Shown: piece by piece, positions 52,840 through 64,000 of the stretch | Position numbering within the stretch: position 1 is the stretch's first letter | Layout: each line of letters begins with the position of its first letter | Assembly (NCBI GenBank): GCA_028534125.1 | Contig: CM052832.1 | Span: forward strand, 21,330,001-21,394,000 | Direction: 5' to 3' | Length of the DNA stretch: 64,000 nucleotides | From: Lama glama | Taxonomy: Eukaryota | The notes under the pieces: generated by a model | Told to the model about the DNA's origin: nothing | The model's input: only the letters and a program-made list of their open reading frames with translations | The model's database searches: none | Translations under genes and position numbers: made by a program

Positions 52840-53790
52840 TATTTTTGACCCAGATCTCTGTTTTGAGCTCTCATCCTTTATATGCAACCACCAACACAAC
52901 ATCTCCATCTAGATGATCAACATGGTTAAAATGCACAGAGTCATCTCAGTCTCCACCCAACAAAATCCTGTTCCTCTTCTGGAGTTCTCTGAGGAAGGGC
53001 CCCACCAGCCTTCTCAGTCATACACAGTCCTACAGATTCCAGCTCCTAAAATATTATTTCATAGCCTCCTTTCCATCCCTACTGCAATGACAGGACTATA
53101 GGATCTTACCATCTTCCATGTGGACTGTGATCATTTCTTAATTGGTTCCCTGGTTTTTCATCCCATTCCAGATCTTATTCCTCACCACCACCAGAATGAT
53201 CTTTCAAACATATAAATCTGATCAAGTCATTCCTTCATTGGCTCTGCAGTCCCTCAAGATAAGCTCCAAACCCCTTTGCAGGCAACGAGAGCCTTTCATT
53301 TTATTTCATTCAGCTCTTGCCTCACACAGCCCACCAGCCATCCTCACAAACACTAGTCCCAAGCTCTCCGAGTTGCTCTGATTAGTCAGCAATTGTTCAC
53401 GCCCTCTTCTTTCATCCCGAGTTCCCCTGCCACCTGGGAATGTCGCTCTGCTTTTTTTCCGGGTGATCACTTACATCTTTGAATACTCAATTCAAGTACC
53501 ACCTTGTCTATGAAGCTTTGCCTAACCTCTCAGTCCCACAGGGTAAAGATGAACACACGACCTTTGGTGTCTTGGCTGAAACTTTTCTAAATTTCTATCC
53601 TAGTACCTCTAACATTGCGGGACAACTGTTTTTTCCATGTCTGTCTCTCTCTCCTCCATGATGTTAGGGACAAACCTGATGATAAAGAGTGTGTCTTCTT
53701 TATTGTTGATTTTCTTGTTTGCAAGCATGGTGCCTGGCATATAATAGACACTTGATAAGTGTTTTTCAGAAGGAAGGAAGGAAGGGAGGG
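52840..53790 (+). mobile_element. L2 LINE 3' region ending in (GGAA)n
   Basis: CCAGAATGATCTTTCAAACATATAAATCTGATCAAGTCA, GTGCCTGGCATATAATAGACACTTGATAAGTGTTT. Confidence 0.85.
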
Positions 53791-54044
53791 AGGGAGGGAG
53801 GGTGGGAGGAAAATATTATCACAAAATATTATTGTTCCATTTTTTTATTATTTTGAGAAAGAAAGGCATGTAGTAAAACTCTGACCACTATTTCTACAAA
53901 ACTCTGAAGCCAATTACCCAAGGCCATTCAGGAATTCAACTAGTAGTGTTAAACAAAATAAATATTTATTCATTTTCACATTATACTATGTAGCCACTGG
54001 TGACATACCTCAATTCTAAGATTAAAAAAAAATCCTTATTAGTG

Positions 54045-54570
54045 ACTACAGTGGAAGCTGTGCTGGGTTGTCTAGACACCCCTCCGATGTTTGGAGGAGT
54101 CCCCTGTGCATAAGACTTTGAGGAGGCAGAGCCCCTGACCCTCTACAGTAGCTGCAGAGGTGTGGTACCCACCTTCCCAGCATCCCTTCCAGTCAAGGCA
54201 CAGACGCAAGTGTGCACAGAGCCCACCAATTATATGTGCCCATAAGGAAGAGAAGCTGATGATAATAAGGGGTGGGGACACGGGATAATTCTTTTCTAGT
54301 CATGCCAATCATGGTACCAGTGGCCTCAGGGGTCAGCACCAGCAGCCATGTGGACCACAGTGACTGGTGGGCGGTGGCAGGGACCCCATCAGCCCATTCT
54401 GCAGATGGATGTCAGCCAAAAATCTGAAACGTGGCCTCACTCTGGTCCTGCCCAGTTCCTGAGCTTGGTCCTCCAGCTGTCCTAGAGGTTCTCTGAGCCA
54501 ACTAGTCTTTTCAGTACTTTCCTTGTCTGCTTCTAGTCCTTTCTGTTCCAACTAACAAACCCCAAAAGAT
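54045..54570 (+). mobile_element. ERVL LTR (LTR33/LTR16-like)
   Basis: CTTCCCAGCATCCCTTCCAGTCAAGG, TCTCTGAGCCAACTAGTCTTTTCAGTACTTTCCTTGTCTGCTT..CAACTAACAAACCC. Confidence 0.6.
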
Positions 54571-54919
54571 CTAAAGCTCCTTGGCGATTCATAAATGCTT
54601 CTGGCTTTAGTGATCTGGGTCTACTAATGTGCATGATTTACATGATTGGTAAATATTGGTTGGTAAAATAGCTCATCCACTGGCAAGTCAACGGTTAGTT
54701 CATTCCACATTTATACCAGGATTTTTCTAGACGGAAAAGTTTCCAGAAAAGCCTCAGTGGGGCACGTCTGCTCCCCCTAAAGCACACCCCCATGTGTTAG
54801 CACAGTGCCTGGCACTTGAAAATACTTGATACTTGATTATTACTTGCAGAAGGAATTAACAAATGAATATTTAAATCCAGGAGACTGTTCTCGAATTTTA
54901 CTATATCAAATTGGGACTG

Positions 54920-55040
54920 TTATGGTCAGGTTATGGTTCTGTGACCTTTGGCCAAACAATCTCTATGACCCTCAGTTCCTCATCAGTCAAATGGAGATAA
55001 TAAACCTTCCTCAAAGGGTTGCTACCAAGATCAAAATGTA
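54920..55040 (+). mobile_element. MIR SINE core
   Basis: TGTGACCTTTGGCCAA..CCTCAGTTCCTCATCAGTCAAATGGAGATAATAA. Confidence 0.85.
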
Positions 55041-55149
55041 TTGATGCCATTCCTTTTTGTCTTTATTATTCCTGTTTCTACTCTCAGCATCCTCTCTTAA
55101 ATTTAGTTCCACAACCCTCAGAAGCACCTTCTCTGCTCCAATGAGTAAG

Positions 55150-55780
55150 CCACCATGGATACAAAGATAAACAGAGCCTGCTCTGACACTCATGGAGTTC
55201 ACAATGCAGTCAAGGAGATGGATGGGTCAAAAGGAATCAGTCAGTATGGTGGGGCAGTGATGGAAGCAAACACAGGTACTGCTCAGGAAGTACCAGGAAG
55301 GGAGTTAATGGAGGGAGAGATGGGAAACGTGGAAGGATTCCTGGAGGAGATGTGCTTGAGGGGAGTCTTCAAAAGGGAGAGCGAGACGACTGGACCTCCC
55401 AGGAAAATGAACTATGTATGCAAAGGCAAACATGGAACACGGCATTTGAATATTTCTGGAAAGTCAAGTTCAAGATAGGTTAGGAAGAAAGTCAAATGGA
55501 GGTGGGTTGGGTCATGGATGACTGTCTATGTCAGAAAAGGGCCGTGGGACTCTGGGTAGTAGGAAGTCCCTAGCGGACTGTAAACAAGTAAGTATCTTTA
55601 AAACCTCAGTCCAGTAATTGTATGGAGGATGAATATTGGAAGCCACAAGCCTGCATGAAGGGAGGGACAGTAGGAAGTCATCACCCTGGTCCAGGTGAAT
55701 GATCTGGGTATGAACTGGGGAAATGGTGTGAGAGAGAAGGCTGAAGGAGGGGAGTCAGCCATGAAGAAGACATTAAATGC
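55150..55780 (-). mobile_element. L2 LINE fragment
   Basis: CTCATGGAGTTCACA, GGAAGGATTCCTGGAGGAGATG, ATGCAAAGGC, GTCCAGGTGAATGAT. Confidence 0.7.
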
Positions 55781-57954
55781 GTTATGGGAAGGCCTATTAG
55801 TCTCCTCAGGGTTCACTTTCGTGAACCTCTATTTCCTCAACATTGTCATGGTGCAAAGGAGCTGAACTGATGATGATAAATGGTCACTTGGCAGACTTCC
55901 CCACCCCTCCATCTTCAAATAGGATGGAATTATAGCCTATCAGACACTGTGCCCGGCACCAGATGCTGACAACTTACTTCTAAACCATCTTTCATCTCTA
56001 CTCAAAGATCACACAAGTTATGGAGAGGCGTCTAATATTTTCCATGCCCAAGACATTTTTGATGTGGTATACATTATTCATCTTTCTGGAATTCCTTGTA
56101 AAATATTTTACATTGTTCAGACAATCCTATTCAGAAGTTCAAATGAATCTTTAGCTGGGATTTATTTTCCTATTTTCATTGGACAGCCTATATATATTAA
56201 AATCAAATAGGGAGGAAAAAGCAAAAAAGACATTAGGGTAAATACATGATAACACTGGCCAAAAATGTCGAGAGTAGCTGCCCCACTCTGTCAAACAGAA
56301 ACGAGGCCAGACAGCGATTTCACTGGGATTTACATTCCCCAATCCTCCCACCCCCTGCCCAAAACAAATCTAATCTCATCCTGGTGTTCACAGTCTAGGT
56401 CAGCAGGAAGACAGTCTAAATGTGGAGAGCAGAGATGCAGATAGACTGGCTCCGCTCCCAGGAGGCCAGGTCAGGATGAGAATCAATATTTCAATAGCTC
56501 AGGATTAGGAAACACATATGAAATCATGTCCATTAAGGAAACAAGAGTGAAAACCACAGACATTCTGTATCTCACACAGCCTGATAGGGATGAAGTGTTT
56601 GACTCATCTGCAGAAATGTACCCATTATTCTTGTACTTTTCCAACTCGAACAAGTTGCGTAAAAAATTCTCAGAACGAGACCGAGGCTGCTCAGAGGACT
56701 GCCATAAATAAGATCTTAGGGACTGTGATAAGCAGCTTTTCAGAGTAAAGGGAAGACAGAGCAGACCTCTTAAAGACGGTTCTATAGTCCTATGTCATCA
56801 TGAAAACAAAAGTGAGAAATCAAAAGAGCTAGCATTTGGCTTGGGTGTGCAGCAGACCTCCCCGGGGTCTCCCACTCCTGCCTCCCCCACCCCCACCTCA
56901 AACATCTGGAAAATCCGGGCAACTCATAGTTGCAGCCAATCGGTACCGCTCCTGTTTGCATCAAAGGAAGAGCACTGAAACCACAGTTTGATTCCTATCG
57001 GCTCACACACTGGGACATGCATCTGCAGGTGTAACGGGGGGGATTTCACATTTACCTTTTATTCCCTCAAAAATGATGAATGAAAGCAACTGTATTTAGA
57101 AAAGGGGTTTTCCTCTAGGAGAGATTATGTCTCCTGTGTCCTAGGGCACACTCAGACGTCCCACCGCCACACGGCTTTCTCCAGGGCATGCCTTGGTCTA
57201 GCACGTCCAGGTGTCCAGGAAAAGAGAATAAATACGCAGAAAGGGTGGAGAGGGGTGGGGGCCAAGTGCAGAGCCTCAAAGATCTAATTGCAGCTTTGGC
57301 AAGCATCAGATCAAAGGCGTCTCTCCTTGGTCTTTGATCTCTTGATAACCACATTTAGCACCCTCCCCTGGCTGTGCCTGGGGCAGGCAGCCCTCCTTTC
57401 TAACTCCCTCATCTCTTTCTAGTTTAAATAATTCAACTGCTAAGCACTTTCAAAGGGGTGGAAATAAGCAAATGCTTTAAAATCCAGCTCACTGGTTAGA
57501 CTGAACAAAGCCTCGTTTCCACACTAATACCAGATTGAAAAATACAAACAAGCACCACAGAATCCTAACCAGAACGGTTACAGCTTTTAATACCGCCTCT
57601 GACTTAAAGTTGGGCAGCAAGTGCACAGAAGTGGGGCAATGACCACAGCTCCACATCCGGAGGTGCCTGGGGGTGGGAGGAAGGGCAAGAGGTGACTTCC
57701 AGTTCTTCTGCTAATGGAGGCAGGAGTCTGAGATGCATCAACCAGCAGCAGCCACAGCAGCCGTATCCTCCTCCCAGATTCCCAAGACGATTAGCTGGGC
57801 CTCCCCTTTTTGCTCCACATCACCCAGTATATTCCGCCACTGAGTTTCCTTATCAGGTTGTACCCAGCATGTTCTGCTCAGAGATGGCCTTTATTAAAAT
57901 GTTAGTGGGGAGAAAACCATTGCCACGGACCACGCTTCTACCCTAAGGCAAGTC

Positions 57955-58146
57955 TGGGTTGCCAGATTTAGCAAATAAAAATCCAAGACAGCTAGTGAAA
58001 TGTGAATTTCAGATCAACGATGAATAACTGTTTAGCATAGGTCCCAAAGGGCTCATGGGACACACGAATGCTACCTAAAAAAGTTATTCATCATATATCT
58101 GAAATTCACATTTCACTGGGTGTCCTGTATTTTAGCTAGCAAACTG
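57955..58146. mobile_element. MER53 palindromic MITE (hAT)
   Basis: Starts GGGTTGCCAGATTTAGCAAATAAAAAT. Internal palindrome with 21-bp and 11-bp perfect arms and a GTCCCA/TGGGAC core. Confidence 0.92.
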
Positions 58147-58803
58147 CCAGGGTTTCTGTGTTACCAAACCTTGCTAGAACACCATGGGATAGCCTGGCCT
58201 CAGATTGTAACATAGACTGACTCAGCCCTACCTGTGTATTTCATTGTGTCTGGCACCGGACACGCCTTTGACCAGGTGGTGGGGGACGGAACGGGGCAGT
58301 CGTGTGTTGAGCGCCTGAATATGTCACGTTCCGTTCGATCCTTACCACACCCGCGTTGGTTAGGGACTATCATTTCCCTTTCACATTTGACGGGACTAAG
58401 GCCCACGAAAGCCAAGGAGTTAGCCAGCTTCTCAGGGCTGGAGGTAGCATCCGCACCAGGCATCCCTGACTTCAAAGCCACGATCTGTCCACTGCGTCCT
58501 GGTGTCTCCTTCCCTCCCCTCAGTGGGGTACGACAGAGCCTGAGGCCGATGAACTTGTTCCAATACAAATAGGCCTTTTTCATTCCCGATATATCTTTTC
58601 ATGTTAATCAAACATTCTAGATCTTATCTTCCAGAACTCTCTGTTCAGCTCTTAGAAACCGAGGGCTGTGGGAAATCCAGTCTAAGAGAGAAGAGCTGAT
58701 CAGAAGGGGTGTCTTGCACACGAAGTAAACTGAAGTGTTCCTTGCACCGAGGAGCCTGTGTAAACTCACTCATTTGCACTGAATTCAAGCTAGGAAAGTG
58801 GCA

Positions 58804-58815
58804 GATTGCGCAATC
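58804..58815. promoter_or_regulatory. Perfect C/EBP palindrome
   Basis: GATTGCGCAATC contains the consensus ATTGCGCAAT. Function is not shown. Confidence 0.4.
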
Positions 58816-58837
58816 CTGACTTCCTCATTCCCTAGGG

Positions 58838-59009
58838 CAGGGCTTCTCAGATTTAAGCGTGTTTCAGAATCACCTGGAGGGTTTGCTAAACTACAGATTG
58901 CTGGGTCCTGGCCCCAGGTCTGGGATGGGGCCCAGGAATGTGCATTGCTGACAAGGTCTCAGGTCACTCTGATGCTACTGGTCTGGGGCTAACACTGGAA
59001 GAACCACTG
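58838..59009. mobile_element. MER5A-type hAT-Charlie element
   Basis: CAGGGCTTCTCA..AGAATCACCTGGAGGG..TGGGGCCCAGGAATGTGCATT..AAGAACCACTG. Degenerate 8-bp TSD CCCTAGGG/CTCTAGGA. Confidence 0.9.
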
Positions 59010-59199
59010 CTCTAGGACCAGAAAGGGGGAACTTAAATCCACACACACACACCACACACACTTTGGAATTCAAGGCCATTCTACATCTCTCATCCCCACC
59101 ACCTTGCGATCTCCCGTAATCCTATCTCTTCAACGAAGTCTCCATATGGCCCTGCACTCAGTCATTCCCACAGCTACGAATCAGGCAAACGCAACATAT

Positions 59200-59800
59200 C
59201 GGATCCTGTGTGGAACCTCAGGACAGAGATGAAGTAGACATGCTTCCTGCCAGCTCCTGCCAGGGCATGTGAGACCATCACATACACAAAATCACACCCA
59301 TGGAGTAAGAGGTATCACAACAAAAGCAGATAAACTTAATCACAAAGGAAGAGAGAGAAGCAAGGGAGGGCTCTCAAGGGACTTAACCATTGAGCTGAGT
59401 TTAGAAGGCTGAGAATGGGGCTGTAGGAAGACCCTGGAAGGAGGGACAGTCCATGCAGAGCAAACAGCATGTGTGAAAAGCACAGAGATGTGAAACATGG
59501 CAAGTTCAAGGGCTGCGAGAAATTTACAATAACTAATGTCTATGGTCCATTTGATGGTAGATTGGGGGTGAGTGTGGAGGAGCCCAGCGAGCAGGGCACG
59601 CTGAGATGCTTGGCTTTCTTTTCCTTTAAGATGATGAGGAGGCACTGGGTGGCTTTTAAAGGAGGAATGACACATTCAGACGCATAATTTGGAAAGGTTA
59701 TCTGAATGGAGAAACCAGGGATATCAAACCTGGAAGCTGTTGCAGTGGGACCCACCAGAGGTGGTGAGTGTGTGAGAGAAGGCAGGACCCCTGTGAATTG
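59200..59800 (-). mobile_element. L2 LINE fragment
   Basis: TTGAGCTGAGTTTAGAAGG, AACAGCATGTGTGAAAAGCACAGAG, GGAAGCTGTTGCAGT. Confidence 0.7.
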
Positions 59801-61899
59801 AATACAGAAGTCAATACTATAGTGATGGTCTGAAAATAAAGCCTGCATTTCCACTCTTGCTACCCTCCACTGCCAGAAGGACCCTGACTACATCTGGGGG
59901 AATAAGATGCAAATATTTCTGTGTGTTTTTCTGCTGCTGTCTTCATAAGACTGAGCCTTAAACTCTGCACTTCCGTTCCAGTAACTGCCATCTTTCAAAG
60001 GACTGCTTTAACTCATTGCTTGTTGTGTAATTTTACTTTCCTTCCCGTCCTCAGACTTTTATTTATTCATCCAAAAGCACCCGGTAGCTTACTGGCTGGT
60101 AAAGGAGAGAAGTAAACAGAGAGTTAGAATCCAATGTGGTGGTACAACGGTGGTATCCACAACGATCTGTAAGATGAACCTAAAAACACTCAACTGTCTG
60201 ACAGTTAATTTTCAAATCGCTTTTAAATTAATTTTGTAAACTCGAACAGAAAAGTGTCAATTCATTCCTGAGATTGAAGACTACTTCCCAGAAGTGCATA
60301 TATATTTTTTCCTTACATGCTGCCTCATGGAACATCTCCCGCACAAGCACTTGCTAAGTACGTTTTGGTGATTAAGAAGATTAATTAAACTGTCTCAACA
60401 TGTTAATCCCACCAGAATATCAAAAATCTACAATAAGTAGAACTGCCTTCATTATGTGATTTTCTCCAAGTAAAAATATTCTAAAATTTGATTTAAAAAT
60501 GTTTTTTTTAAATCGTAGGAAACAAGGGTGGAGAGTGTAATATCAAAGCATCAGGTACAAGAACCTAGCCTTGAAGAGAGAGCTTGACTTAAGGGGGACT
60601 GCGATCAGAGTTCACCATGGACTGAAATAATTAAGGATGGGGGAGAAAAATACACCGATATTCAAAGAATGACAACTGTAGAAGATTCAAGTGTCTTCAT
60701 AAATCACTCCTACTCATGTGTCAGGAAGCTGAAGTGGTAGCAGGAGCAAGATACGTCAACAGAACCTCTTTACATAAGGCCAGTTTAACAAACCATCTTC
60801 CAGCAATTCAATGCCAAATGCTTAAGGTGAAAATAATAGAAGTTAAACTAAGAGGGCAAACATTTCTCTCGGTTTCCTGTGGACTACAAGTTCAACTGGA
60901 ACTCCTGAGGATCGTGGCTTCTCCCTCACTCCATAAATGACCTTTGGCAAGCCACTCACTGCGGTGTCCACAAAGAGCCATTGTCCGCCTTTAGAGCTGC
61001 CAGCATCTCTATCCGTCGGGAGACCAAGAATGTAAATGATCCTCCCCCAGCCCAGGGCCTTGACCTCACTGCAGGGAAAACCCACATCTCTGCAGCCAAA
61101 GAAACTTCCAAGATGAAACTGAACTAAAATTAACCGGGAAAAAAATGAGAGAAAAATTAAATGGACTGACTTAAGACCTCCCCTCCTTTTGGCTCTTGCT
61201 ACTGAACTAATTCATGATTGGCCTTGTTCTTGACAAACTGATTCAAGGTTGGCCACAATTGTCTGCAGTAAAGTGAAGGCAGCTTCTCGAGAGTCATCCT
61301 GGCCTCAGCCCTCTGGGGCCACACAGCTTGGGTGACTCCCAGAGGCCACAGTGACCTAAGCCCCTCCACCTGCAGCCCTGGCTGTGCTGTAGGTTGTAAG
61401 TTGTTGGCACCTTTCTTAATGGCCTGGAAAGGGTCCTGGGTGTGCTTTTTTTTTATAGCAGGTATCTGTGAAGTTAAGTTTGCATGACAAAAAAAAAAAA
61501 AGCACTGGAGAAGATGTTCAGCAATGGGGACACCAGAAAAGCTGTCAATCCTGAGAAAATTACAAGTTGGGTCCATCACTGCTGCCAGGACATCTTACTT
61601 TCATCACTGCATCGCATCCTGCTTCCACCTCGGGCCCCTCAACTGCCTGGCTATCTTCTACCTGTACAACCATCTGCACTTCGAACTCCTCAGAAACCTG
61701 TTTTCTCAAAGAGCACGTCCAGCGAAAGCATCCCTCCCTTTCCTCATGCTGGGTCCGCTCCTGTCCTGCTTACCTGCCAAATTCCTTTCTTGCAGTGTAG
61801 CAGCTTTCAGGTGAAAAAGCAAACTGATCAGGTATTTACTCTGAGGTGTGAACAGCAGCAGCAGCAGCCCTCGCTGCTCTGCTCCCCGGGCCTCTTCTT

Positions 61900-62180
61900 C
61901 CTTGTCGTTACAGTCCCGCTGGTTTACTGGTTCCCCAACCTGCCTAGCCCAGGGTGCCATGAGGCAGAGTTCTGGCCAATGGAACACAAGCACAGCGTGA
62001 CTGGGGACGTCCTTGAAAGTGTCTTCCTGATACAGGGAGACTGACACCTCTGGCACCTCTCTTTTTCCTTCTTCTATTGGAAGCAGACATGTCAGCTGGA
62101 GGCGCCGAAGTTACACTACAACCAGGAGGCAACGAGCAAGAGGGAGTGGCTGAGAGAATCATGAGAAGACAAGTCACTGG
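61900..62180 (+). mobile_element. ERVL LTR fragment (LTR33/LTR16-like)
   Basis: GCCATGAGGCAGAGTTCTGGCCAATGGAA, GGAAGCAGACATGTCAGCTGGAG. Confidence 0.5.
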
Positions 62181-62389
62181 CTTTGTTTCATCACCTACCT
62201 GCGTGGACCCCAGGTCCTCCAGTGCCCTCTCTCGCCAGCACTCCCCATGCCTCGCGTCCTCTTCTGGTCCTCTGCCTCTCTAACCCACCACTCAAGCTCC
62301 ACGTAGTGGCTTTCTCCTCTGCTGCCTGCCCACTAACCCCCAGCCCATTGCTGGATAAAGTTGATTGGCTCCATCACACATGTGAGGTT

Positions 62390-62762
62390 ATTTGTTGTTG
62401 TTTTTATTGTGGTAAGAACAGTTAACGTGAAATCTACCTACTGCAAGATTTTCAAATGTACAGTATAGTATTATTAACTGCAGACACAATGTCATACAGC
62501 AGGTCTCCAGAACATAACTCATCTCCTGTAACTGAAATTTTACATCTGTTAAGCAGCAGCTCCCCACACCCTCACCCCCTGCCATCCTACTCTGTTTCTA
62601 TGAGTCTAAGCATTTTAGGTCCCTCATGTCAGTGGAACCATGCAGTATTTTGTTCCCCTGTGACTGGCCTATTTCATTTAGCACAACCTCCTCCATGTGC
62701 ATCCCTGTTGTCGCACATGGCAGGATTTTGTTCTTTTTTAAGGCTGAGTAATACTCCACTAT
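62390..62762 (-). mobile_element. L1MA-like 3' UTR
   Basis: TTTATTGTGGTAAGAACA, CTACTCTGTTTCTATGAGT, TATTTCATTTAGCA, TTTTTAAGGCTGAGTAATACTCCA. Confidence 0.88.
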
Positions 62763-63019
62763 AGGCACACATCTAATTAAACCTCGGTTTTAACATTTCC
62801 TTGGGCCTCATCTATAGTCAGAACCATACTCACTCAGCCCCATGGATAAAGGACAATGGAAAATGCTGGAACTTAATGACTTTGCCAGGCACTTCCAACT
62901 TCTAGGTCTTGTATGACTCTACTTTCAAGATGGCTCAGTGATCTCTGCCTCCCTGTTCTCCCCCCATTATTGTTAGATAGAGTCATGGGTGATGTTTTGG
63001 ACAGAAAGATCCGGGATCC

Positions 63020-63190
63020 TTTCCTGGTTCTGCCAGGAATGCCAAGTGACTTGTGAAGTAACTTAACTTCTTTCACCCTCAAATTCTTCCCTTGTGAAAT
63101 GAAACCATTTTTTGTGTCATTATGGACTGTTATCAAATACAAATGGGTTCTCAGACATGCACATAATAAGTACTTAATAGGCATTAGCCA
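63020..63190 (+). mobile_element. MIR SINE
   Basis: GTGACTTGTGAAGTAACTTAACTTCT..TTGTGAAATG..CACATAATAAGTACTTAATA. Confidence 0.65.
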
Positions 63191-64000
63191 TTAATTTTAA
63201 AAATTAATTAAGAATAATTTATTAGCGGGATCTATACCAGTAGGCAGACACCTCGGCCCCTTTGGGGCCACCATCAGCAATTCACTCATTGGCCCCAGCA
63301 TCACCCCAACTCCAAAGCTCCCTTTATTCTTGAGAGCAAAAAATGCATGGCCACAGACACATCCGATTAAATCTGTCTTTTAAGTTTCACTGTTTCAGTG
63401 GACGAAGCTGGGGTCGAATTAGAACATGGGGCAGACAAGACAGAGGAGGCTCAGGCGGCTGAGACGGGGATGAAGAAAACAAACTGGAAAATAGAAGGAA
63501 CCAGGACCAATGGACGTCGGCCCCGGAGACAGTCCTAGCTGGGTTCCTTTCTTCTCTGTTGCTGTTTCTGCTGTCTTTGGTTTAAAAATAAAGTATCCTG
63601 CTTTGGCTCTAATTCTGTCTTTTATCTTCATATTTGTAAGATTAAAGCTGCATAGCCTGCCCAAGACAAACTGCCATCTCAAGTGTCTGATGCCTGCTTG
63701 CGGGGGGGGGGGGGAGGGCTCAAGCCCGCCCCGAGGAGGCAAAACGCCCATGTAGTACGAGAACCTTATTGACTTAAGTTTCTGGATGGCTCTCCCAGGC
63801 AAGGAAAACCATCTCAAAAAACAAACAAACTCATAATCTGGGGTATTTCCCAGAAAAGACGCAGGTATGGTTTAGTAAGATGGGATTTGGTTTTGTTTTT
63901 CGAGCTTCAGCCGGGTGGTAAGAGGTCAGCTGTGTGTTGTAATCCACTCTGGTGCCTTCCTCCCGTAATCCTGACCACAGCCTGCTCAGAGCTATGTGGC

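Noticed and set aside
61484..62044. 186-aa ORF with a short polyQ
   Set aside because: Starts in an A-run, ends in an LTR fragment, and resembles no protein I recognise. The Q-run is a short CAG repeat.
62092..62106. CTCF-like TCAGCTGGAGGCGC
   Set aside because: Several mismatches to the core motif, and it lies inside an LTR fragment.
1..64000. Host gene identity, CRISPR arrays, operons or a novel multi-gene system
   Set aside because: This is repeat-rich mammalian non-coding DNA with no spaced repeat array or recognisable coding exon. The locus cannot be named without a BLAST search.

Overview
Mammalian genomic DNA (intronic or intergenic), most likely camelid: it holds a tRNA-Ala-derived Vic-1-type SINE with a 13-bp TSD and young L1 3' ends, and I saw no Alu, BovB, Bov-tA or PRE-1. 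I can support no protein-coding gene. The supplied ORFs are short, unrecognisable, or decayed repeat frames. Much of the window is interspersed repeat: old L1M and HAL1-like fragments, L2, MIR, MaLR/ERVL/ERV1 solo LTRs, and MER20, MER33, MER5, MER53 and MER2 DNA elements. Unique stretches between repeats carry enhancer- or promoter-like motif clusters and a few well-formed splice signals. I found no convincing novel multi-gene system. The best leads are a MER53 hairpin whose arms share apparently mirrored substitutions, a candidate 24-nt microexon, a candidate 153-nt exon, a CRE-preceded minus-strand first-exon candidate, and an inverted TCF/LEF motif pair. Repeat subfamily names come from recalled consensus sequences, and boundaries are approximate unless a TSD is given.
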